From positions 40,246 to 72,245 of the forward strand of contig JBARZE010000026.1 of NCBI GenBank assembly GCA_049649525.1: a stretch of DNA of 32,000 bases. The letters are read 5' to 3'. The notes under the pieces are model-generated. The model was not told where the DNA came from. It searched no databases and saw nothing but the letters and a program-made list of their open reading frames with translations. Source of the DNA: Microcoleaceae cyanobacterium. Its GTDB lineage: Bacteria; Cyanobacteriota; Cyanobacteriia; Cyanobacteriales; Microcoleaceae. The translations under genes and the position numbers were made by a program. Shown one piece after another: positions 1-7,719 of this stretch (position 1 is the first letter of the stretch; each line of letters starts with the position of its first letter).

Positions 1-3000
1 AACTGTAACAAATCCTGCCCAACTTGAAAGTCTAAAATAAGCTGATAACCCTCACCTGTAACTAAGACAAACTCATCTTGTCCTGCGCCTCCGGTTAAGG
101 TATTTACCCCAACACCACCAGAGAGTAAGTCGTTGCCATCTCCACCGATGAGGCGATCGCCATCTTCTCCCCCAGTCAGGGTATCATTTCCTAAACCTCC
201 ATCAAGGGTATCTTGTCCGGCATCTCCGGTTAAACTGTCCTCTCCGGCTTGACCATACAATTGATCGTTGTTGTCACCTCCGCTGAGAGTATCTTGACCA
301 TCTCCGCCATCGAGTAAGTCGTTATCGCTACCACCAGATAACAGGTCATTGCCGTCATCTCCCAGTAAGATATCTTTGCCGTCTCCCCCGTCGAGAAAAT
401 CATTATCCTCGCCACCATCAAGATAGTCATGTCCCATCTCTCCGCTGAGGGTATCATTACCCGACTCACCCCAGAGAGAATCTTTACCCTCCCCTCCGGT
501 AAGATAGTCTAAACCCTGGCGACCATAAAGTTTATCGTTTCCGGCATCCCCACTGAGGAAGTCATCATCTTCGCCACCATCTAAGAGATCGTGACCATTT
601 CCGCCGTTGAGGTTATCAATACCCGCTTGGCCCCAAACTTCATCTTGACCATCTCCCCCTTGTAACAAGTCATTGCCATTGCCACCGTCGAGGATGTCAT
701 GTCCTAAACCACCCCAGAGGCTATCAGGATTGTCATTACCCCAGATGAAATCATTCCCTTTACCCCCATACAAGCTATCCTCTCCTTGGCGGCCATAAAG
801 GTCATCATTGCCGTCTCCGCCTTCGAGATAATCGTCATCAGCCTCACCGTCGAGAAAGTCATTGTGGTTTCCGCCAAACAGACTATCTTTTCCGATACCG
901 CCATAGAGGATATCTTTACCTCCCTCCCCATATAAGGCATCTATTCCGGCTTCCCCTTTGAGGGTATCATCACCGCTACCTCCGGAGAGATAATCATCCC
1001 CATCACGACCAAACAGTTGATCTTTGCCTTCACGACCCGAGAGAAAATCATCTCCCAGACCGCCATCTAGGTAGTCATCTCCCCGACCGCCATCTAGGTC
1101 ATCTGCGTCAGCTTGACCATACAGGGTATCATCTCCGGCTTCTCCCAATAGGGCATCTTCCCCTTTGCCACCGTCAAGGAAATCATCCCCAGCTTGGCCA
1201 TCAAGGTCATCGTTACCCTCACGACCCATGAGGCTATCATCTCCTTTGCCGCCAACGAGGTTGTCATCCCCTAAACCGCCGTCAAGAGAGTCATCACCAT
1301 CGCGTCCGTCAAGGTAGTCATTCCCCCCAAGTCCGCTTAATTTGTTATCCTGGTTATCTCCAATTAAGCGATCATCAAATTCTGACCCTTCTAAGTTTTC
1401 AATTTCCTCATAGCGATCGCCTTGGGAGTCTCCACTAGGGCCGCTACCGCCTGTAGTTAGGTCTGCGATCACACCGCTGTCGGAGTTGTAGAAAGAGGCT
1501 GTATCATCCCCGTCTCCTCCATTGATGAAGTCAGCCCCCTGACCGCCGACAATAAAATCATCACCGCGATCGCCATAAATAGTATCGTTATCTTTGTCTC
1601 CATATAAGCGATCGTCAGCTTCACCCCCGCTGAGGGTATCCTCTCCATCGTTACCAAAGACTATATCTTCTCCATCATCTCCCCACAACAGATCCGCGCC
1701 ATTGCCACCATAAAGACTATCTTTTCCTGCATCTCCATTAATATTGTCGTTGCCGTTATCGCCGTAAAGTTCGTCTCTACCCAGGCCGCCAGAGAGAGTG
1801 TCATCACCGTTGTTACCTTCGATGAAATCGTCTCCTTGGTTACCATCAATTAGATCTTTACCGCCATCTCCTTTAAGAATGTCATTGTCTTGGTTACCTT
1901 GAAGAGTGTCATTACCTAAGCCACCGGAGATATTATCTTCTCCAAGTCCACCCTCTATACTGTCCCGACCATCATTACCTTCGATGATATCGTCTCCGCC
2001 ATCGCCTGTAATTTGGTCATCTCCGCCATCGCCTGTAATATTGTCATCGCCATCGTTACCCGCGATCGCATCATTACCTAACCCACCGGAGATATTATCT
2101 TCTCCTTCATCGCCTGTAATATTGTCATTGCCATCGTTACCTGCGATCGCATCATTACCTAAGCCACCGGAAATACTATCATCTCCACTATTCCCTTCAA
2201 GTTGATCGATACCTTCCTCACCAAAAATCAGATCTTGATCGTCTCCTCCACTAATATAGTCATTTCCTACACGACCGTACAGAGAATCATCACCATATTC
2301 TCCATAAATACTATCGTGACCAAAGCCACTATCACCAAATATCAGGTCATTTCCGTAGAAGCCCCAAATTTCATCGTCTCCATCTCCACCAGTAATATTG
2401 TCATCTCCATTTCCTCCAAAGATCAGGTCTTTACCACCTTCTCCTCTGAGATAGTCGTCCCCATCATGTCCCTCTATTTCATCCCAACCATTTCCGCCGT
2501 ATATAGAATCATTGCCACCATCGCCGTGAATTTTATCAGATTCATCTTCTCCGTAAAGAATATCGGATTGATCTCCACCGCTAATAAAATCTAAACCTCC
2601 TCCTCCATGTATTTCGTCTTGACCTTGATGACCGTGAATAATATCATTTCCCTCTCCACCATCTATGTAATCATCACCGCCGTTTCCTTGTAGTTCGTCC
2701 CAACCATTTCCACCACTTATATAATCATTACCACCGTCGCCGTGAATTTTATCAGATTCATCTTCTCCATAAAGAATATCGGATTGATCTCCACCGCTAA
2801 TAAAATCTAAACCTCCTCCTCCATGTATTTCGTCTTGACCTTGATGGCCATGAATAATATCCCCTCCCCCTTGACCATGAAGGAAATCATCACCACCATT
2901 ACCGTTAATCTGATCGATTCCATCACCACCATAAAATATATCGCGTTTGTGATCGAAGCCGTTCATCACATCCCCATAAAGTGAAGCTTGGATTATTTCT

Positions 3001-4274
3001 ACATCTAAAACAGTGTCCGTAGTTCCCCAACCATCATTAATCTCGTAAATATCAACTCCTGCAATTTGACTGGGATTGACTACAATTCCTTGCAGAGTAA
3101 GAGAACTAGAATAATCAGCGGTATCAATTGCCTCTCCACCATCAAGTAAATCGTAACCAAAACCACCTATCAGTTGATCGTTTCCCCCGTTGCCTCGCAA
3201 TACATCATTCCTGTCTTCTCCTAATAACCCATCATCAATCTGACTTCCTTCTATCCAGTCATCATCTTTAGTACCAGATACAGAAGATGAACCAGGAGCT
3301 TGAATGGGTTCGTTAGGAAAATAAAATCCTTGTGGCTGTAACTCATATATAAAGCTTTTGACAGAAGACTGTGTTTCTGGATATCCTAAATATGTACTGG
3401 GCGACGGATTAGCACCACCAAGAGCGTGACCGTCTGTCTCACTGAAAGCCTTGTCAAATTGGCTAAACAAATTTATTAACGCCGATCCAAACTCAATCGA
3501 ATTTGGTATTAGGAAGTTATCAAATTGAAAGTTAACTAGCGGGTCGTCGGTTTTTTTAATATTGGCAACCTCGTATTCATCAACATCAGAATAACTAGTC
3601 TGAGAACCCATTGCTATAGTTCGGACTCGTGCTGGGTCGAACTCACCTGATTTCAACCCATCTTCTATAAAAAAGTTGCCCTGAGAGTGAGATATAAAAA
3701 CCACAGAATTTTTTTCATTTTTTAGTAAATCTTGTACTTGAGGAACCCAGATATTATTTTCAACATTACTGGCATCTTCCCAGTCAAAAACATACTGAAA
3801 AAAAGCTTCTGCTAAATCGCCAAGTAGTCCTATGCTGGCTATTTTATCTATTACTTCAGAACTACCTAGATATTCGATAGCTGCTTTTGCTCCCAATTCC
3901 AGAGAAGGAAAATCTGTGAGCAAGCTCTCATTTTCTAAAAGACTTCTTGCGTAGCTAACAAATTCATTAAGTCCATCCTCTAAATGCTGTATGGCGGACT
4001 CATTATGATGCCAAATGTACTCAATAGAACTCGATGAGTCTGATTGATATGGAGATGAAAAAGGTGATATTCCATCAGAAAAATTTTGACCATTAAGTGA
4101 AGAATCATTTAATTCTGAGAAAAAATTAAACGCATCTCCAACATTTTGAGTGTGATCGTCAAAAGTTTGGTTGGTTCCCCTTAAACCATTTATCCAAAAT
4201 ATATAAGTCTTACCATTGCTCTCTCGAAGTTGATTATAAACATATCCGAATTCTGAATCAGCTTTATATAGCAT
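1..4274 (-). CDS. Large RTX (hemolysin-type Ca-binding repeat) protein with an N-terminal lipase/esterase-like alpha/beta-hydrolase domain; the 3' end runs off the window
   Basis: Absent from the ORF track because no stop codon lies in the window. The reverse frame is open from ATG 4274-4272 to position 1, with AGGAGG at 4284-4289 (9-nt spacer). My translation starts MLYKADSEFGYVYNQLRESNGKTYIFWINGLRG. A nucleophile-elbow motif VVFISHSQGNFF lies at ~3675-3692 (HSQG). From ~3230 downward the frame is continuous GGxGxDxLx nonapeptides, e.g. LRGNGGNDQLIGG and LYGGNGADLLWGDDGED. The last residues are TGGAGQDEFVLVTGEGYQLILDFQVGQDLLQ. Confidence 0.85.
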   Translation of the reverse strand, partial: MLYKADSEFGYVYNQLRESNGKTYIFWINGLRGTNQTFDDHTQNVGDAFNFFSELNDSSLNGQNFSDGISPFSSPYQSDSSSSIEYIWHHNESAIQHLEDGLNEFVSYARSLLENESLLTDFPSLELGAKAAIEYLGSSEVIDKIASIGLLGDLAEAFFQYVFDWEDASNVENNIWVPQVQDLLKNEKNSVVFISHSQGNFFIEDGLKSGEFDPARVRTIAMGSQTSYSDVDEYEVANIKKTDDPLVNFQFDNFLIPNSIEFGSALINLFSQFDKAFSETDGHALGGANPSPSTYLGYPETQSSVKSFIYELQPQGFYFPNEPIQAPGSSSVSGTKDDDWIEGSQIDDGLLGEDRNDVLRGNGGNDQLIGGFGYDLLDGGEAIDTADYSSSLTLQGIVVNPSQIAGVDIYEINDGWGTTDTVLDVEIIQASLYGDVMNGFDHKRDIFYGGDGIDQINGNGGDDFLHGQGGGDIIHGHQGQDEIHGGGGLDFISGGDQSDILYGEDESDKIHGDGGNDYISGGNGWDELQGNGGDDYIDGGEGNDIIHGHQGQDEIHGGGGLDFISGGDQSDILYGEDESDKIHGDGGNDSIYGGNGWDEIEGHDGDDYLRGEGGKDLIFGGNGDDNITGGDGDDEIWGFYGNDLIFGDSGFGHDSIYGEYGDDSLYGRVGNDYISGGDDQDLIFGEEGIDQLEGNSGDDSISGGLGNDAIAGNDGNDNITGDEGEDNISGGLGNDAIAGNDGDDNITGDGGDDQITGDGGDDIIEGNDGRDSIEGGLGEDNISGGLGNDTLQGNQDNDILKGDGGKDLIDGNQGDDFIEGNNGDDTLSGGLGRDELYGDNGNDNINGDAGKDSLYGGNGADLLWGDDGEDIVFGNDGEDTLSGGEADDRLYGDKDNDTIYGDRGDDFIVGGQGADFINGGDGDDTASFYNSDSGVIADLTTGGSGPSGDSQGDRYEEIENLEGSEFDDRLIGDNQDNKLSGLGGNDYLDGRDGDDSLDGGLGDDNLVGGKGDDSLMGREGNDDLDGQAGDDFLDGGKGEDALLGEAGDDTLYGQADADDLDGGRGDDYLDGGLGDDFLSGREGKDQLFGRDGDDYLSGGSGDDTLKGEAGIDALYGEGGKDILYGGIGKDSLFGGNHNDFLDGEADDDYLEGGDGNDDLYGRQGEDSLYGGKGNDFIWGNDNPDSLWGGLGHDILDGGNGNDLLQGGDGQDEVWGQAGIDNLNGGNGHDLLDGGEDDDFLSGDAGNDKLYGRQGLDYLTGGEGKDSLWGESGNDTLSGEMGHDYLDGGEDNDFLDGGDGKDILLGDDGNDLLSGGSDNDLLDGGDGQDTLSGGDNNDQLYGQAGEDSLTGDAGQDTLDGGLGNDTLTGGEDGDRLIGGDGNDLLSGGVGVNTLTGGAGQDEFVLVTGEGYQLILDFQVGQDLLQ
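2027..2188 (-). repeat. In-frame tandem duplication inside the RTX gene, period 81 nt (27 aa), each copy carrying a HIP1 site
   Basis: catcgcctgtaatattgtcat...gcgatcgcatcattaccta starts at 2027 and again at 2108. The HIP1 sites at 2062 and 2143 are exactly 81 nt apart. Confidence 0.85.
2483..2861 (-). repeat. In-frame tandem duplication inside the RTX gene, period 216 nt (72 aa, 8 nonapeptides)
   Basis: Segment 2483-2645 is near-identical to 2699-2861 (cccaaccatttcc...gaataatatc), with only a few substitutions seen by eye. Confidence 0.85.
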
Positions 4275-4363
4275 AACTTAGACCTCCTATCATGTTTAGC
4301 AGTCATTAAATGAAACTTACAAGTGACTTGATTATCTTTTAAAGCATCTCAAGTAAGTGATGC

Positions 4364-4597
4364 TTATAAATCTTCTTTAATTACTAGTACTTTAAACCGA
4401 GATAATGCTTCAAAATTCCCTGTAACCCACTGTTGCTGTAACGTTTCTAACTTATCGGTATCAAAGTTGTTGCCAAAAACCTGCTGACTCTTGAATATAA
4501 AATCTTCGCTATTAGCAAATTCTTGCAACCATCCGTAAGCATCCTCAAACCCAGTTATTACTAAATTATTTGCAATTGCAGGATTCGGTAAAGACAT
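4364..4597 (-). CDS. Small protein (77 aa) resembling the N-terminal leader module of large cyanobacterial RTX proteins; sits directly upstream of the RTX-lipase gene
   Basis: ORF-track protein contains LQEFANSEDFIFKSQQVFGNNFDTDKLETLQQQWVTGNFEALSRFKVL. From memory this matches the F-A-x-S-x-D-F ... F-G ... L-R-x-x-W-x-x-G-D-F-S-x-L-P-x-I-E-V-L pattern at the N-termini of cyanobacterial Ca-binding repeat proteins. Same strand as the RTX gene, 90 nt upstream of it. Confidence 0.5.
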   Translation of the reverse strand: MSLPNPAIANNLVITGFEDAYGWLQEFANSEDFIFKSQQVFGNNFDTDKLETLQQQWVTGNFEALSRFKVLVIKEDL

Positions 4598-4738
4598 AAT
4601 TTATGACCCCTGAATAAATTATAAATTCGCATTTAACCTTCTCTAAACCCTAATTGTTATTAGAGTTTATCTGGTCGTTGATATCGCTGATGAAGTCACA
4701 TTTAAACAGTATATAAATACACAAGTCAAGTGTTTTTT

Positions 4739-4799
4739 TGTGAATATTTTTGTGTACTTTAGAGGGTTTTGTGTAGGATTTTGTGTATAATTCTGTGTA
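4739..4799 (+). promoter_or_regulatory. Array of five phased TTTTGTG(T/A)A direct repeats in the divergent intergenic region upstream of the HTH-STAND gene
   Basis: TGTGAA at 4739 and TGTGTA at 4751, 4770, 4782 and 4794, giving spacings of 12, 19, 12 and 12 nt. The array ends ~24 nt before ATG 4823. Confidence 0.45.
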
Positions 4800-4822
4800 G
4801 AGTCGATTGAGTAGAGAGAGGA

Positions 4823-6260
4823 ATGACTCCAAAGCAATTTGAAATTAAGTTCAATAACTTATCATCTAGAAAAAAGGAGATATTAGAAAAACTATTAGCA
4901 GGAGAGAGTGATAAGACAATCGCTAAATCACTCAATATAGTTGAAAATACTGTTAGACAAAATATTGCTAGTATTTGCAATACTTTTTTAGGGAAAGCAG
5001 TTATTTCGGGTAAATGTAGGCGCGATGAATTAGTTGATATCTTCCAAAGACATAAGCCTGAATGGGTGAATTTGGATGATGATATTGAGGATCAAGTAGA
5101 GATTGATTTAGATCAAAGTTTTGATATTTCAGATAATAGTACTTCGGTTTTAATTAGTGATAATTCTGTTAATTCGGAAGGAAATCAAGAAAATAATAAT
5201 GTTGAAGAGAATAGAGAAAGTAATCAAATTGAAAAAACTTTAAGGGAGAAAACCAATTGGCAGCAAAAAAGACTATTTGGTATTGATAAAATACTTGATA
5301 AATTGGGGGATAATCTCCGAAGTCCTGATGATTATTGGTTGATGAGTTTGACGGGTGCAGGCGGAATTGGTAAAACGTCTTTAACTGAAAAATTAATTAG
5401 TGAATATGGGGAAGATTGCGGTTTTGTTAAGTTGGCTTGGACTACAGCAAAAAAAAACTTATTTAGCGGCGGATATGTCGGTGCAAATCGAAAATAATAG
5501 AAGAGATATTAATGCAGATAGTATTATCTATGATATTGCTTCACAGCTTGAGATTAATTTACCACCTGCTAACAAAGATCACTTCAAGGCACTGCAAAAA
5601 AAGTTACAAGCAGATCCTTATTTAATTGTGATTGATAATTTAGAAACGGTATCAGAATATGAGCGTCTTTTGGATAGATTTAATCCTTTTCAACCCGAAT
5701 GCAATATTAGACCCAGCAAGATAATTTTGACTTCTCGTAAAGATGTAAAAGCGAATAATTGTGCAGCCAGAGAAATTAAATTGAAGGGTATAGATCCCTC
5801 AGCAACTTTAGAGATGATTCGATATCAAGGTCAAGAATTAGATGTGATTCAACAGGCTTTAGATGAAACATTATATCCAATATATGATAAAACACAGGGC
5901 AATCCTTTGATGATTTTATTGGTAATAAATTTATTGAAAAAATATGATGAGCCGTTAGAAAGAATATTTCAAAGATTTGACAAAGAGCAAAATATTCAAG
6001 CTTTTTTATATGAAGAATCATTAGATTCACTCTCTGATAGTGCGATACGGGTTTTAAATTCGGTAGCTGAATATAGTCCTAATAGTTTAATTTCTCGCTT
6101 GAATATTCAAGAAACATCCGGTTTAAATGATGATGAATTTACACAAGCTATCGCAGAATGTAGCAAATCTAATCTGTTAGAAAGTAGTCAGAGTATTCAA
6201 TCAGAATCTAGATATTCAATGCATAGTTTACTTTATGAGTTTTTAACAACATATTATTAA
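4823..6260 (+). pseudogene. N-terminal LuxR/GerE-type HTH fused to an NB-ARC-like STAND P-loop ATPase, split into two ORFs by a frameshift in an A9 run (5449-5457)
   Basis: HTH: LSSRKKEILEKLLAGESDKTIAKSLNIVENTVRQNIASI. Walker A LTGAGGIGKTSL lies in ORF 4823-5497. Walker B YLIVIDNLE and KIILTSR lie in ORF 5400-6260. Removing one A from the 9-A run joins ...KLAWTTAKK to TYLAADMSVQIENN. Confidence 0.75.
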
Positions 6261-6267
6261 TAAGAAC

Positions 6268-7617
6268 ATGAGCAGAAAATCTTTAAAAGAAAGATTGCGT
6301 CAAAACAAGCCCGATCCAAATCGTCATTTTGCTGTTCTTCTGTCAAAATCAGAGATAGAAATAGATTTAGATCATGTAATTACAGCCTTAAGAAAACACT
6401 ATAATAAAACTCAATATTTACAGAAACGTTCTCAATTACTTAGTCAGTTTATTGATAAAGCTTTACGGATTTTTACGACAACTGAAGCATGGCTTTATGA
6501 GATAGATCAACTCATTGAGGAATATCAAACTAATTCAATCAATTTACCCGCTATTTTGTATTACAATAAGTTTAAATGTTTAGCCAATTTATCAGTTTCT
6601 CATCCAAAGGCAGAGTTTAATCTCAAAAAAGCGATAGCTTTAGAAACTAATTTACATAATAAAATTGACTATCAAATTTATCTAGCAATATATTATGAAA
6701 ATACGAGTCAATTTAAAAAAATACCGAAAATTCTTAATCGCTGTGAAATACTATGTCGGCAAAATCATAATTTAGAAAAGCAGTTAGGTAGAACTTTGCT
6801 TTATCTAGGACATTATTATTTCTATACATTTCAATTAGATAAAGCGGCTGATTATATGAATCAAGCAACAAATATTTTACTTGCTATATTAAAAACAAAA
6901 GAAAAAGAAAAAAAAGAAATTTTACAATTATTGAATAGCTGCTTTCATTATTTAGGTCGAGTTTATTTAGCACAATATAATTTTGCTGAAGCCGCTCAAT
7001 TCTATATCAAAGCTCAATATTTTCTAGAAAAAGCTCGTGATGAATATACATTAAGTAATGACTTGGGTGCTACTGCTTTTTATCATTTAAGATTAGGTCA
7101 GATTTTAGAAGCGAATCAATTAATTGAAAGCGCAGATTATCATTATCAGAAAAGTCAAAATATATTTATTGACTGCGGTAATCTTTCGGGTCAAATGCAA
7201 GTATCATTAGCAAGAGCAAATTTAATCGGGAGTTTTGTTGATAATTCTAATTATAATAAAAAAGAGCTTTTAGAAAAGCAAGCTCAACAAATCTGGGAAG
7301 CGGCTATTGATGCAAAAGCAATAGGATATAATCGTGGCTACTTAGAAGCTTTATTACGACTATTTTTGCTCAATATAAAAAAAGGCAGAATAAGGGATTT
7401 AATTAAAGTGGGTTTTGCTATTGTGACAACTTCTGAATTTTATAAATTTATTTTTAGCAATCCCAATCTATTGATATCTAAATTACAATTAGCTCTAGGA
7501 TTGTATGGTATGGGGCCTTATCATGAAGCAAGATTATACAAGTATAAAAAACACCAACCTCACACTATTCTAGAAGCTTGTCCCTGCGATGAATGCAAAG
7601 ATAGAAAATTGAAATAA
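6268..7617 (+). CDS. TPR-like helical-repeat protein, probably the detached sensor arm of the upstream STAND ATPase
   Basis: 449-aa ORF starting 7 nt after a TAATAA double stop. TPR-like units include LGRTLLYLGHYYFYTFQLDKAADYMNQA, CFHYLGRVYLAQYNFAEAAQFYIKA and AFYHLRLGQILEANQLIESADYHYQKS. The C-terminus carries CPCDEC. Confidence 0.6.
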   Translation: MSRKSLKERLRQNKPDPNRHFAVLLSKSEIEIDLDHVITALRKHYNKTQYLQKRSQLLSQFIDKALRIFTTTEAWLYEIDQLIEEYQTNSINLPAILYYNKFKCLANLSVSHPKAEFNLKKAIALETNLHNKIDYQIYLAIYYENTSQFKKIPKILNRCEILCRQNHNLEKQLGRTLLYLGHYYFYTFQLDKAADYMNQATNILLAILKTKEKEKKEILQLLNSCFHYLGRVYLAQYNFAEAAQFYIKAQYFLEKARDEYTLSNDLGATAFYHLRLGQILEANQLIESADYHYQKSQNIFIDCGNLSGQMQVSLARANLIGSFVDNSNYNKKELLEKQAQQIWEAAIDAKAIGYNRGYLEALLRLFLLNIKKGRIRDLIKVGFAIVTTSEFYKFIFSNPNLLISKLQLALGLYGMGPYHEARLYKYKKHQPHTILEACPCDECKDRKLK

Positions 7618-7719
7618 TAATTCTCAACTGACTAATTATCCAAACTGGCGAAATTTATGCAAAGAATATGGCAGAATATTAGGAGTAATTAAAGTATCTA
7701 TTTTTGTTCGCGATCGCCC

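Noticed and set aside
230-2594. Track ORFs inside the RTX region: 230-469, 704-940, 1469-1657 and 1661-1849 on the minus strand, and the Pro/Ser-rich 1906-2205 and Ile/Ser/Thr-rich 2202-2594 on the plus strand.
   Set aside because: They are off-frame or antisense readings of the GGxGxD nonapeptide repeats. Their low-complexity periodic compositions mirror the repeat. The single open minus-strand frame from 4274 to 1 explains the whole region.
1-3200. Highly periodic 27-nt repeat structure that could be mistaken for a CRISPR array or satellite.
   Set aside because: The periodicity is in frame and codes for RTX nonapeptides. There is no alternation of conserved repeat and unique spacer.
4650-4980. 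Minus-strand ORFs 4650-4832 and 4759-4980.
   Set aside because: They overlap the intergenic repeat array and the 5' end of the well-supported HTH gene on the opposite strand. They are AT-rich and low-complexity, with no RBS.
5776-6030. Minus-strand ORF antisense to the NB-ARC gene.
   Set aside because: It lies entirely inside a motif-supported plus-strand CDS. AT-rich DNA yields chance ORFs.
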